DNA of 64,000 nucleotides from an uncultured Actinomycetota bacterium (GCA_963770565.1 CAVYQE010000001.1:128001-192000), one strand, 5' to 3'; shown: positions 46,803 through 59,758, numbered from the stretch's first letter. Numbers and translations: made by a program. Notes: generated by a model from the letters alone, not told the origin.

Positions 46803-46967
46803 TCAGCGATACGTCATCAAGATCCAGCCGATGGCGAATGCGCAAATGCCGGCCACCAGCATTTGCAACATCTGCCCTTCGGTGATGGTACCCGTCAATT
46901 CCAAAATGCTTCCCAGCGGAAGAAGGATCAACCCGAGAATCTGAAAGAATCGGCCGATGGATCGCAT
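46803..46967 (-). CDS. Small 54-aa two-TM membrane protein (not in the ORF track)
   Basis: Hand translation MRSIGRFFQILGLILLPLGSILELTGTITEGQMLQMLVAGICAFAIGWILMTYR*. Confidence 0.65.
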   Translation of the reverse strand: MRSIGRFFQILGLILLPLGSILELTGTITEGQMLQMLVAGICAFAIGWILMTYR

Positions 46968-47230
46968 TGGAGGCAGGGAGCGGGGGAGCAGGAGCGGGGA
47001 GCGGGGCTGGCGAATCGGAAGCTGCGGGCGTTCAGCGCTGCATATCCGCTATGTTCGCCCGCATTTTATCGGATTGCCCACCCTGCGTAAGAGTTAATCT
47101 CAACGCAGGCGTTGGCGGCGGCCGATTGTCACTTTGTCCGGCCCTCGACTTGAGGCAATTCGATCGACAATGACAATCGTCACGGGCGTGAACGGCCTGG
47201 TGACATGAATTCGGCAGCGAGGAATCCTGC

Positions 47231-47440
47231 ATGTCTCCGCTCGATTTTCAGATTCAGAACGCCCTGCAGCAAAATCCGTATTTCTCGGCCGGGCATCTGC
47301 GATTCGAAATGAGCGAAGGCCGGCTGACTCTGCATGGCACGGTGCGTTCGTTCTTCCACAAGCAAATGGCGCAAGAGTCGCTCCGCAATCTGGCCGGAGT
47401 CGCCGAAATCGAAAACCGCTTGGAAGTCCGCTGGGCCTGA
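47231..47440 (+). CDS. Single BON domain protein
   Basis: GRLTLHGTVRSFFHKQMAQESLRNLAGVAEIENRLEV. Confidence 0.85.
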   Translation: MSPLDFQIQNALQQNPYFSAGHLRFEMSEGRLTLHGTVRSFFHKQMAQESLRNLAGVAEIENRLEVRWA

Positions 47441-47574
47441 CGGTCGCTCGGTCGATGCGGCAAAAGGGGCCGGGAGTCGATTTCGCCACGGCGCGCCGGC
47501 AATTGGCAAACGACCAACCGGCGAAATCGACTCCCGCCCCCCCTTGCGCTCGGCCCCTTGCGCTCGGCCACCTC

Positions 47575-47954
47575 GCGCTCATCTCGGACGGGCGCGAGGC
47601 CATCACGGCTTCGCCGCGGTCCCGATAATTCGGCAAGATGGCGCTCAGCCGGCTGATCGACAGCACTTCTTGATTGTCGGGCGAGAGGCCGCAGATCCGC
47701 AGCAAACCATCGTGCGTGTGGACGCGCTTGGAGAGCATCACGAGTTGCCCGATCAGACAACTGCGCAGCAACGTGATCTGATCGAGTTCGAGTACGACGC
47801 GATAGATGAAGTTCTGCTCCAGAATGGCCCACACGGCTTCGGCCAACGGAGGCGCATCGTCCCAAGTTTTTCCTTCGGGCGGATTGACACGCACGAACAT
47901 CCAGTCCGGACCCCGCTCGACATCCAACTTCAATCCCGACGTAGTATCCAACAT
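47575..47954 (-). CDS. STAS-domain anti-sigma factor antagonist-like protein (3' end approximate)
   Basis: VERGPDWMFVR, RVVLELDQITLLRSCLIGQLV, GLLRICGLS. Confidence 0.8.
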
Positions 47955-48270
47955 GGCCCTGATGCTCCTTTTCCCCCTGGGCTGGCGAGGCGTCTGCCCA
48001 TGCGTGCCATCATAAGCGATTTGGCTCGCATTGCAATGATTTTTCGAAATCCTATCACCGGGCCGGAAGCGGGCATGCTAGCATCCGGCATCCGCATCGT
48101 TGACGTTCCGCGGCGGGGGCCTTAAACTTTGACGGCAATGGGCATCTGGCGGAGCCGGCGGGCGCGGTGACTGCCGCGACGGCCCACCGATCCCTGGAAC
48201 ATCGGAACTCGCCGTCAATCCTGCGGGCAGCGCCGCCCGGTCTCGGCCCTGGAAAACAAGGGGGAATATC

Positions 48271-50343
48271 ATGTCGGCATCGACCGCCAATCTCGAACTT
48301 CTGGCCATCAACACGATCCGCACCTTGGCGATGGATGCCGTCCAGGCGGCCAACAGCGGCCATCCGGGCACGCCGATGGCCCTGGCCCCGGTGGCCTATG
48401 CGCTCTGGAAGCATGTGCTGCGATACGATCCGGACGCTCCGCATCTGGCCCGGCCGCGACCGGTTCGTGCTCTCGTGCGGCCATGCCTCGATGCTGCTCT
48501 ATTCGCTGCTGCACCTGGCGGGCGTGAAGCAGGTCGACGACGCCGGCAGGCCGACCGGCGAGTTGGCCGTGCCGCTGGACCAGATCAAGCGCTTCCGCCA
48601 GTTGCATAGCCGCTGCCCCGGCCATCCCGAGGCCCGCGACACCAGCGGCGTCGAGACGACGACCGGCCCGCTCGGGCAAGGGTTGCGGCAACAGCGTCGG
48701 CATGGCGATCGCCCAGCGCTGGCTGGCGGCTCATTTCAATCGGCCGGGCTTCGATCTGTTCGACTACAACGTCTACGCGTTGTGCAGCGACGGCGACATG
48801 ATGGAAGGCGTGGGCAACGAAGCCGCCTCGATCGCCGGGCATCTGAAGCTCTCGAACCTGTGCTGGATCTACGACGACAATCACATCACGATCGAGGGCA
48901 ACACCGAGCTGGCCTTCGACGAAGACGTCGGCACGCGATTCACAGGGCTCGGCTGGCACGTGATCCACGTGGCCGACGCCAACGACCTCGAAGCCTTGGC
49001 ATGCGGCCTATCAAGAGTTTCGCGCGACCGACGATCGGCCGACGCTGATCATCGTCCGCAGCCACATCGGCTAGGGCTCGCCGCAATCAAGCAAGACACG
49101 GCCAAGGCCCACGGCGAAGCGCTCGGCGAAGAAGAAATGCGGCTGACGAAGGGCGTCTACGGCTGGCCGGAGGACGCCAAGTTCCTCGTGCCCGACGAAG
49201 TGCGCGGCCGATTTCGCCGACGGGATCGTGGCCCGCGGCAAGAAGCTGCACGCCGCGTGGCAGACGCAGTTCGCCGAGTACGCCAAGAAATTCCCCGAGC
49301 TGGCCGCCCAATGGCGAGCAGATGGATCGCCGCGAGTTGCCCGCCGGCTGGGACGCGGGGATTCCCGACGTTTCCGGCCGACGCCAAGGGGATGGCCACC
49401 CGGATTTCGTCGCGGCAAGGTGCTCAACGCGATCGCCAAGCACGTGCCTGGCTGATCGGCGGCGCGGCCGACTTGGCTCCCTCGACGATGACGCTGCTTG
49501 ACGTTCGACGGGGCCGGGGATTTCGAGGCCGGACCATTACGGCGGCCGGAATTTTCACTTCGGCATTCGCGAGCACGGCATGGCCGCCGCGGTCAACGGC
49601 ATGGCGCTCTCGAAAGTGCGGCCGTTCGGCGCGACGTTCTTCGTGTTCATCGACTATCTGCGGCCGTCGATCCGGCTCGGCGCGATCGGCCAGCTGCCGG
49701 TGATCTACGTCTTCACGCACGATTCGATCGGCCTGGGCGAAGACGGGCCGACGCATCAGCCGATCGAGCATCTGGCGGCCGCCCGCGCGATTCCCGAACG
49801 TGGTCATCCTTCGTCCCGGCGACGCCAACGAAGTGGCCGAGGCGTGGCGAGCGATCATGCCGATCACCGATCGTCCGGTGGTGCTGGTGCTCACGCGGCA
49901 GAATCTGCCGACGCTCGATCGGACGAAGTACGGCGCGGCCGCGGGCGTCGCGCGCGGGGCGCTATGTGCTGGCCGACGCGGCCGGGGGCAAGCCCGAGCG
50001 TGATCCTGATGGCCACCGGCAGCGAGGTTTCGTTGTGCGTCGCGGCCCACGAGCAGCTGCGTCAAGGAGGGGATCGCGGCCCGCGTGGTGAGCATGCCGT
50101 GTTGGGAGTTGTTCGAGGCGCAAGACGCAGGCCTATCGCGACAGCGTGCTGCCGCCGGCCGTGACGGCCCGGGTCGGCGTCGGAAGCGGCGAGCGGCTTC
50201 GGCTGGGATCGCTGGCTGGGCCCGAGGGGCGATTCGTCGGCATGAAGACGTTCGGCGCCTCGGCGCCGGGCAGCGCGGCGATGAAGTATTTCGGCTTCAC
50301 CGTCGAGCACGTGGTCGCGGAAGCGAAGGCGGCGCTGGGTTGA
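48271..50343 (+). CDS. tkt: Transketolase (many frameshifts)
   Basis: [63 protein letters not shown]. Confidence 0.97.
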
Positions 50344-50558
50344 TCGCGCGGGAAAAGCGAGGGATCCGTTAGGAGTGTCCGGCCTGGGCATGGCGTTCGG
50401 CGGCACGATTCCATCGCTTCCGTCGATTCTCGGCCGAAAACTTGACCCTGGGCTCGAATCGTACTTATAATGAAGTTCTCGCGGGGTTCGCATCGGGCGC
50501 CTGGTTTCCAGGCCCGGCGATCGGTTTCGATCTTGTCTGCCGCAGAGAGAGGCTTGCG

Positions 50559-51642
50559 ATGTTTCATCGTGTGGGTGGTTCGGTAAAGTTCTGGGCTGCA
50601 TATCCGTATTGGGCTGCTGCTGTTTGCTGGCCGTGATGGCGTTGGGGCCGACGGCGGCCGGGCTGCGGGCGACGCCGCCGGCCGGCTTTCGCCGGCTCGC
50701 GCCGGGGTCGAAACTACGATCCCCCCGGCGGTCGATCCGCACGACACGGTCACTTATCACAACGTCGTCGAGTTGCTCGCCCCGGGCGTCGTGCGCCGAC
50801 CTGGGCTGGACCCCGACCTACACGTCGCCGACCAAAACATTGCAAGCCTTGGCCACGAATCGCCCCTTCCGCAGCACGACCTGGTATCTGGAATTCATTT
50901 TCAAGCCGTTGCGGGTCATTCATGTCGATCTGCCCAACGACAACGGGCGATCTGCAGCGCAAGACCGTCTGGTACATGGTCTATCGAGTGAAGAATATCG
51001 GCGGCCATCTCAAGCCGTTGGAAAAGGCGGCTGCCGAGCCGGCGGTCTGCCGACGGCCCCCGAGGTGGAGGCCGTCAACGATATCGGGGCGCCGATTCAT
51101 TTCTTCCCCAGTTCACGATGGAAGCGAGATCGAAGGGAAGAAGAAGGTCTATCTCGACAAAGTCATGCCGCTGGCCGACGAGGCGATCCGCAATCGCGAA
51201 GACCCGAACCGGCCGCTGCTCAATTCCGTCGAGATCGGCGCCCAGCCGATCAAGCTCAGCACGGCGACCGAGGACAACAGCGTCTGGGGTGTCGCGACCT
51301 GGGTCGATGTCGATCCGCGCATCGATTTTTTTTCGATTTACGTGCACCGGCCTGACCAATGCCTATCGCTGGACCGATCCGCCGGGGGCATTCAAGGCGG
51401 GCGATCCTCCGGCCACCGGCCGCAAATTCACGCACAAGACGCTGCAATTGAATTTCTGGCGTCCGGGGGATGAATTCGGCATGTACGAGGATCAGATCTA
51501 CATCGGTTCGCCCGCCGATAAAGTGACCAAGCCGGCCGATCCGGACAATCCCGCCCTCCGGCGGCAGCCGGCAACGCCGCTCCCTCGTCGGGGGCAGCGA
51601 AATTGGGATAAGATCATTGACTACCGCTGGGTTTTCCGCTAA
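50559..51642 (+). CDS. Hypothetical exported protein (frameshifted)
   Basis: Coding-like segments LEFIFKPLRVI, VWYMVYRVKN, VWGVATWVDVDPRIDFFSIYV, KTLQLNFWRPGDE. Confidence 0.6.
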
Positions 51643-51819
51643 AAGAGGCGATTCGCCGCATGGCTCGCTCGAATGCCGCGACGGGGCCATAATCGGGCCG
51701 AGCGGGTTGCCGTTGGCTACCGGCTAAACGGGCCACTGAATTGCGGCGCTCGATTCGAACCGAAATTCGCAAGCAGTTTTCATTGGCCGGATTCCCCGGC
51801 TCCGACGGAGTATCATGCA

Positions 51820-52072
51820 ATGGCACATAAGAAAGGCCAAGGTTCCAGCCGCAACGGCCGCGATTCGCATGCCTCAGCGGCGCGGCGTCAAGCGTTTTGC
51901 CGGCCAGCAGGTCCGGGCCGGCAATATCCTCGTTCGCCAGGTGGGCAATCGGTTTCATCCCGGCCGCAACGTCGGCCAAGGGAACGGATTTCACCCTCTA
52001 CGCGGTGCCGACGGCGTCGTGATGTTCGATCGCGAAGGGCGCCGCATCAACGTCGTGCAAACCGCGACGTGA
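51820..52072 (+). CDS. rpmA: 50S ribosomal protein L27 (frameshifted)
   Basis: [32 protein letters not shown]. Confidence 0.95.
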
Positions 52073-52184
52073 CGCCCTCCGGCGATCTGCCGCGCCGGCT
52101 GCGATCCAATCGGAGATTATTGCCCCCGCGAATTCGTCTCGCGACCTGAGATGTCGCCGCCTCTCACAGATTGCCTCGTGCGCC

Positions 52185-53184
52185 ATGTTCGTTGACCGCG
52201 TGAAAATCTTCGTGGCCGCCGGCAAGGGGGGCAACGGCTGCGTCAGCTTTCGCCGCGAGAAATTCGTTCCCCGCGGCGGACCCGATGGCGGCGACGGCGG
52301 CGATGGCGGCAGCGTCATCGTGGTGGCCGAAGCCGGCGTCGATAGCCTGGCCGCCCTCGCCCACCGCAAGCATTGGCGGGCCAAATCCGGGCGCGCCCGG
52401 CACCGGCAACGATTGTCATGGCCGAATGCGCCGAGGATCTGGTGATTCGCGTCCCGCCGGGCACGGTCGTCCACGATGCCGACGGCCATTTCCTGCTCAA
52501 GGATCTCGATCGGGCCGGCGAGCAGGTCGTCGTGGCCCGCGGCGGCCGCGGCGGCAAGGGAAACGTGCATTTCAAGTCGGCCACCAACCGCGCCCCCCGC
52601 GAGCATACTCCCGGCGGCGAAGGGGAACGCGCAATCTGATGCTCGAACTCAAGGTGATCGCCGACGTCGGGCTGATCGGCAAGCCGAATGCCGGCAAGAG
52701 CACGCTCTTGAGCCGCCTGTCCCGGGCTCGGCCGGAAATCGCCGCTTATCCCTTCACCACCAAGTATCCCGAATCTGGGCATGGTCGATATCGACCGCGA
52801 CCGCTCGTTCGTCATGGCCGATTTGCCCGGCCTGATCGAAGGGGCGCATGCCGGCGTCGGCCTGGGGCACGAATTCCTGCGGCACATCGAGCGGGCCGGC
52901 ATTTTCGTGCATTTGGTCGAGCCGGTGCCGACCGATGGCAGCGATCCGGTGGCGAATTACCACGTCATCCGCCGCGAACTCGAGCAATATGCCTCCGAAC
53001 TGGGCATCGGCCGGAGATCGTGGTGCTCACCAAATGCGAATTGCCCGGCGCTGCCGAAGCCCAGCCGGCTGCAGCTCGACGAGGCGATCAGGCGGCGCAC
53101 GGCTGCTCGGCGATCGAGCGCCGTGACGGGCCGAAGGGCTCGACCTGGCTGCTGCGGGAGATCACGCGGATGCATCAGATATGA
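52185..53184 (+). CDS. obgE: GTPase Obg (frameshifted)
   Basis: [48 protein letters not shown]. Confidence 0.96.
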
Positions 53185-53272
53185 CTTAACGCGAGTTCGG
53201 AGCCGTATCGCCGCGGATGGCCGCTGGAACTCTGATTTTCCGCAGTCGCCGCTCCGCGAAATCCGCGGTGCC

Positions 53273-54101
53273 ATGATCGCCGATCCCGCCACTCCGCTGA
53301 TCGCAATCGACATCGGCAACAGCCGCGATCAAGTTGGGGTTGTTCGATCGGATCGACGCGGCCGAGGGCTTGCCGCTGCCCAGCCGGGTCTTGGAATTGC
53401 CGGCCGATCGCTGGGACGAGGCTCAATTGATGGCCTGGTTGCCCGCATCGCCGGACTGGCCGGAATGGCGCGTGGCCAGCGTGAATCGGCCGGCGGCCGC
53501 GCGGTTGACGGCTTGGATCGGCGCAGCGTGTCGCACGCCCGCCGAACTCCCCCCGCCGCGCGACTGTTGACCGCAGCCGATCTGCCGATCTCGCGGGGAC
53601 TTGGAGCATCCCGAGCGCGTCGGCATCGATCGGCTGGCGGCCGCGGCGGCCGTGAATCGGCTGCGGGCGGCACAGCGGCCGGCGATCGTGGTCGATACGG
53701 GCAGCGCCGTCACGGTCGATCTCGTTTCGGCGGACGGGGTGTTTTGCGGCGGAGCGATCTGTCCGGGGATCGAAATGGCGGCCCGCTCGCTGCACGAATG
53801 CACCGACCTGCTTCCGTTCGTTTCGCTGAGCGAGTTGTCCGAACCGCCCCCCGCGTTGGGAATTTCGACGGTCACTGCGATTCGCAGCGGGCTGTATTGG
53901 GGAGTGATCGGGACGGTTCGCGAGTTGGTCGCGCGGCTGTCGGCCGAGATGCCGAAAGCGCCGGAGTTGTTTTTCACCGGCGGGGCGGCCGCGCATCTCG
54001 TCCGCCCATTGGGCCTCGAGGCCCGCTACGAGCCGCACTTGGTGCTCGGCGGAATTGCGCATGGCGCGACCGTAAACGGTTTTGACGAGGGTGATCGGTA
54101 G
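53273..54101 (+). CDS. coaX: Type III pantothenate kinase (frameshifted)
   Basis: [39 protein letters not shown]. Confidence 0.92.
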
Positions 54102-54112
54102 TGGCGCAGCGT

Positions 54113-54266
54113 GCCACTGCTTGACGGCTGCCAATCGTAGTTGAGATTCGCCACAGGCCTCCGCGGCAGCCGTCAAGCCGTGCTTCGCCGCCGCACTGCT
54201 TGACGGACGCCGAATAGGGCCGATCTGTCGGCTACGATGACCGCGGCGTCCGTCAAGCAGTGGCAC
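54113..54266. repeat. REP-like palindrome cluster (GTGCCACTGCTTGACGG family)
   Basis: Inverted pairs GTGCCACTGCTTGACGGCTGCC / GGCAGCCGTCAAGC and CTGCTTGACGGACGCC / GGCGTCCGTCAAGCAGTGGCAC; a related copy at ~55527. Confidence 0.7.
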
Positions 54267-54340
54267 GTGTCGAATTGCGACTTGGGCCTTTGGCAAGAGA
54301 CGAAGCACGACTGTCCCGAGCCGTTCGGAGGGAATTGCCG

Positions 54341-55511
54341 ATGAGCCAACGTCCCGCCACGCGCGTCGTGAGGCTCACGCCGGATGGCCGCGGCGCCATT
54401 GCCGTCGTGCTCGTCGCAGGGCCGGAGGCCGCCGAGCACGTCGGACGGCATTTCATCGGACATTTGCCCGCGCCGTTGGACTCCCGCCGGCCGAATCGGA
54501 TTCTGCATGGGCATTGGGGCGGGCCCACGGGGGAGGAGATCGTCGTGTGCCGCACTGGCGGCGGAGGTGGAGATTCATTGCCATGGCGGCAGCGCGGCCG
54601 CCGAGCGGATCATGGCCGACTTGGCCGGCGAGGGCGCGGCGGCGACCGCGTGGCCCGCTTGGCTGGGCGGACTTGAAACGAGCCCCATCCGCGCCGAAGC
54701 GCGATGGCTGCTGGCCGCGGCGGGCACCGAAAAAACGGCGGCGATTCTCCTCGACCAATATCAGGGGGCGCTCGACGCGGCGCTCGACGCGATCGCCGGC
54801 CGGCTCGAGCGCGGCGATGCCGCCGACGGCCCGCGCCGATCTCGCGGCACTCGTCGCCCGCTCCGACGTCGGCTTGCACCTCATCAAGCCGTGGCGGGTG
54901 GTCTTGGCCGGGCCGCCGAACGTCGGCAAGAGCAGCTTGATCAACGCTTTGGTCGGCTATCGCCGCTCGATCGTGTTCGACCAGCCGGGCACGACTCGCG
55001 ATGTCGTGTCGGTCGTCACGGCCCTCGACGGCTGGCCGATCGAGCTTTCCGATACGGCCGGATTGCGGGCCGAGCGACGATTCTCTGGAAGCCGCGGGAA
55101 TCGATCTCGCCCACCGTCAATTGGCGGACGCCGATTGCGTGGTGCTCGTCTTCGATGCCCGCGAGCAAGCGACGGACAGAAACCGCCGTGTTGCTCCGGC
55201 AATGGCCGGCGGCGATCGCGGTGGCGAACAAGGCCGATTTGCTCGAACCCGCTCGGATCGCGCCTCCGCCGGCAGCGGCCGACGACCGGGCGCGCCTCGT
55301 CACCAGCGCGGTCGCGTTGCGCGGAATCGACGAACTCGCGGCCGCGATCGTCGCCCGGCTGATCGGCGTCGAGCCGCAGGCCGGCGATGCAATTCCGTTT
55401 ACGGCCGGGCAGGCCGAATCGCTCCGCGCGGCCGCCGCCGCCATCGACGGCGGCGATTTGCCCGGCGCCATCGAGAGCTTGGCCGATCTCCGCCCGCCCA
55501 ACTCCGGATGA
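54341..55511 (+). CDS. mnmE: tRNA modification GTPase MnmE-like (frameshifted)
   Basis: [47 protein letters not shown]. Confidence 0.85.
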
Positions 55512-55717
55512 TAAGCTCCGTCGGTGGCAGCCGCCAAGCAGTGGCACGATGTCGCCAAGGAAGCTTCGCACAGGGTGCAAGTCGCGGCTTGCAATTCGAT
55601 GTCGCGACGCCGAAACGCAGGAATTTGCGAAGGATCGCGAGGATCGGGGTTCAACACGGTCCGTGGTGACACGATCACGTTCAGCGATTTCACACTCATT
55701 GCAAGTACGCCCTCGGG

Positions 55718-56153
55718 TAGGCCGTGAAAAATCAGTCCGGCGAGTGTCGCAGTTTGTGAGATGGGATCGTATCGACGGTTTATGCTGTTTTTGTTCCGGG
55801 TTTTGGAAAGGACGGCAGGAGTTCAAGGAACCCGGTAGGGTTCCCAGACATTAGCCGGTGGTTGAGGCCGTCAGGCCGATACCACCGGTCGTGAAATCGG
55901 AATAATCCGTTTTGCACCCCGATAGGGGTGCCAGCGCTCTGCGACCCCTATCGGGGTCGAGTCTGGTTTTCGCGTTCCGATACCGGCGGTGTCGGCCTGC
56001 GGCCTCAACCGCCGGCTCATGTCTGCCATCCCTATCGGGATGAATTTCAGGCCACCTCAGCGTCGGAATTGTGCGAGTACGTGGGCGGGAACAAAAACCC
56101 ACCAAACCGCCCCACCCCGGCGCCGCAACAAATCGAGCATTTTTCACAGCCTA
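55718..56153. mobile_element. MITE family B copy 4 (436 bp), 9-bp TSD GCCCTCGGG
   Basis: Ends TAGGCCGTGAAAAAT / ATTTTTCACAGCCTA; identical 9-mers at 55709-55717 and 56154-56162. Confidence 0.9.
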
Positions 56154-56278
56154 GCCCTCGGGCCTGACCGGTCCCGATGGAACGTCTTCGACCATCATCT
56201 TTTCGGATGTGACGGGCGGCGTCCGAGTTACGATTCAGCCTCGTTTCTCGGCAGCCGACACATCGCACCCCTACCTAC

Positions 56279-56440
56279 GAGCCTGTCCAAGAACCGGCCG
56301 CGGCAAGGGGATGCTCGCCGCGAAAGGGGTCGGGAGTCGATTTCGCCCACTGAACGACCCGTAGTGCCAACCGGCATCATGGCGAAATCGACTCCCGACC
56401 CCCTTTGGCAACGCCCGCCGGAAGATATGCCGGTTTTCGG
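56279..56440. mobile_element. MITE family A copy, right end truncated
   Basis: GAGCCTGTCCAAGAACCGG plus the arm pair; lacks terminal GGACAGGCTC. Confidence 0.8.
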
Positions 56441-56442
56441 AG

Positions 56443-56586
56443 AATGATGGTTCGGGCACGGATTTCTTGCTCGGAACCACCGCAGTTCCAGAACCGGCAA
56501 CGGTGACCGCGCTCTTCGGCATGGCCATGGTGGGAATCGGCGGAGTCTTTATGTCGCGACGTTGGTTCAAGTGCCCCCGCCGTTAA
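56443..56586 (+). pseudogene. Orphan PEP-CTERM tail (gene remnant)
   Basis: Hand translation NDGSGTDFLLGTTAVPEPATVTALFGMAMVGIGGVFMSRRWFKCPRR*; upstream frame is MITE sequence with a stop at 56362. Confidence 0.7.
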
Positions 56587-56665
56587 TCGAGGCCTAACCG
56601 TCGCTCTTTCCGGCCACGAGGTGCAGCGTGTGAGGCATCTCGGCGCAATGCCGAATTGGGCCCGC

Positions 56666-57090
<425 letters not shown>

Positions 57091-57397
57091 GACTGGCAGT
57101 CGGAATCGAAACACGGGCCGGGAATTCGCCGGCGACCGGCGATCGGTTGCATCATATAATGGCGGGGACGCGGAAAACAGAGGGAGTGCGCCGATCGCGC
57201 CGCCGCTTCGAATTTCGCCCCGATCTGTGAGAGTGACCGGATGAAAGACTGGCTGACCGAACCCGACCCGAAACCGTCGCTCGCCATGCAAGTGTTGCAA
57301 GCGATCTGCAAGACGCTGCTCGCGATCGTGCGGGTCGCAGCCTTTCTTTGGAGCGGGCGCTGAATTCGCGTTTCCGGTTCAATCTGCCGAGGCTGCC

Positions 57398-58483
57398 GGA
57401 TTCGCACATCCCCGCTTGTGGTAAGCGTAGCGGTGTTTCGGAGGCGAGAAGGGTGCCAGCAGGCCGGGCTGCCGGTCTGGAGTAATGGAGGTCTACGGTC
57501 TGCCGCGCTGCCCGCCCCCATCGAACGCCTGAGCTATGCCTTGAAAATTCTGGAGGAATCCACTCAAGACCCGGAATACCCAGAAATTCTTCCATCCACA
57601 GATTGCATAGCGCAGCCGTCAGGCCGCAACCAAGTGTTTATGCGAGGGCACGGAAAAACCGAAAGCGAGAAAGCACGGCGGCATGACAGGATCGGGAACA
57701 CTAATCCTCGCTAATCAGCGCTAATTAGCGCCGATTAGTGTTCCCAAAACCGGCTATACTGGGTTTTGAGTGGGTGAAGCGAAAATCCTCGTGATTCGCG
57801 CATCGCCCCTTGTGGTGAGCGTAGCGGTGTTTCGGAGGCGAGAAGGGTGCCAGCAGGCCGGGTTGCCGGTCTGGAGTGATGGGGGGTCTAAGATTGCATA
57901 GTCGCAGCCATCAGGCCGCAACCAAGTTTTTTACACGAGGTCACGGAAAAACCGAGAACGAGAAAGCACGACGGCATGACAGATCAGGAACACTAATCCT
58001 CGCTAATCAGCACTAATTAGCGTGCAGTTACGCGCCGATTAGTGTTCCTAAAACCGGCTGTACTAGGTTTTGAGTGGGTGAAGCGAAAATCCTCGGGATT
58101 CGCGCATCCACTCTTGTGGTAAGTATAGCGGTGTTTCGGAGGCGAGAAGGGTGCCAGCAGGCCGGGTTGCCGGTCTGGAGTGATGGGGGGTCTAAGATTG
58201 CATAGCGCAGCCATCAGGCCGCAACCAAGTTTTTTACACGAGGTCACGGAAAAACCGAGAGCGAGAAAGCACGGCGGCATGACAGATCAGGAACACTAAT
58301 CATCGCTAATCAGCACTAATTAGCGCGAATTAGCGCCGATTAGTGTTCCTAAAACCGGCTGTACTAGGTTTTGTTGGGTGACGCGAAAATCCTCGGGATT
58401 CGCGCATCCACTCTTGTGGTACGTATAGCGGTGTTTCGGAGGCGAGAAGGGTGCCAGCAGGCCGGGTTGCCGGTCCGGAGTGA
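57398..58483. repeat. Tandem array of a ~300-bp structured non-coding unit (4 copies)
   Basis: CTTGTGGT..GTAGCGGTGTTTCGGAGGCGAGAAGGGTGCCAGCAGGCCGGG at 57415, 57809, 58113, 58413. Confidence 0.92.
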
Positions 58484-58621
58484 TGCCGATCGCTTCTTAT
58501 GGCCGGCTGCCGGTTGCGGCGCGGCGAGGGGGATGAATCGAAAGGACGTCTCGCGCGCGCCAACGCTGCTTCGCGAATTGGCCCGCCGGCGTTCGACGCG
58601 GGCCGGCGCGTTGGTCATCCT

Positions 58622-59758
58622 TCACGGCCGCACGACCAGGTTCCCGCTGACGCGGCGAATCAGGCGGCGCATTTCGAGGACGCTGATCGTCGAGAGAACT
58701 TGAGCGGCAGGGAGTTCGCTGGTGGCTAGACGACTTGGTCGATCGAGGTTGGGATCGTGCGGACCGCGGCCAACACGCGCTGCTCCGGCTCGTTGAGCAG
58801 AAGTTCGGCCGGATGATGCACGACTTGGCCTTCGCGCGAGGAGGTGGCCGCGACCAGCGGGCCGAGTTCCTCCAAAACGTCGTCGGCCGACTCGACGAGC
58901 TTCGCCCCGTCGCGGATCAAGCGATGGCAGCCTTGCGACATCCGGCTATCGACCCGGCCGGGCACGGCGAACACGTCGCGCCCCTGCTCGCCGGCATGAC
59001 GGGCCGTGATGAGCGCCCCGGACCGCGAGGACGCCTCGACGACGATCACGCCCAGCGACATGCCGCTGATGATCCGATTGCGCTGCGGAAAGGCCCCGCT
59101 CAGCGGCTCGCCGCGCGGCGGGGCTTCGCTCGAACAGCGCGCCATGCTGGCGCGACGTCGCCGCCAACTCGCGGTTTTCCGGCGGATAGATATTCATCAC
59201 GCCGCTGCCCAGAATGGCCAGCGTACGGCCGCCGGCCGCCAGCGCGCCGCGATGGGCGGCGGCGTCGATCCCGCGAGCCAGTCCGCTGATCACCGTCAGG
59301 CCGGCCCGCGCGAGACTGCCGGCCAGCCGTTCGGCCTGCGTCAGGCCATAGTGCGTGGCATGGCGCGAGCCGACGATGCGCGATGCCCAGCGAATCGGCC
59401 GGCTCGCGTGTCCCTTGACTGAAAAGCAGCGCCGGCGGGTCGGCGATTTCGGCGAGCGACCGCGGGTAGTCCGGATGATCGCGGGTGAGGATGTCGATGC
59501 CGTGTCGCGCGGCAGTCGGCGATTTCGGCCTCGGCGTCGATCTCGTCGTGCGCAGCGGCGATTTTGCTTGCTCAACTTCGGGCCGACGCCCGGCACTGCG
59601 CGGAGCGCGCTGGCCGGGGCGGCGAACACGGCCGCCGGAGTGCCGAACCGCTCGATGAGTGTCTGCCAGAGCCGCGGGCCGACGCCCGAAACGAGCGCCA
59701 GCCGCACGGAACTCACGAGCGGATCGCTCTCGTCGGACGGGGGCACCGTGTCATGCAT
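58622..59758 (-). CDS. dprA: DNA-processing protein DprA (frameshifted)
   Basis: [64 protein letters not shown]. Confidence 0.95.

Noticed and set aside
45925-47090. Recurrent ORFs containing GVGSRFR / RGRESISP / EIDSRP peptides as a protein family
   Set aside because: They are translations of MITE A in different frames, not genes.
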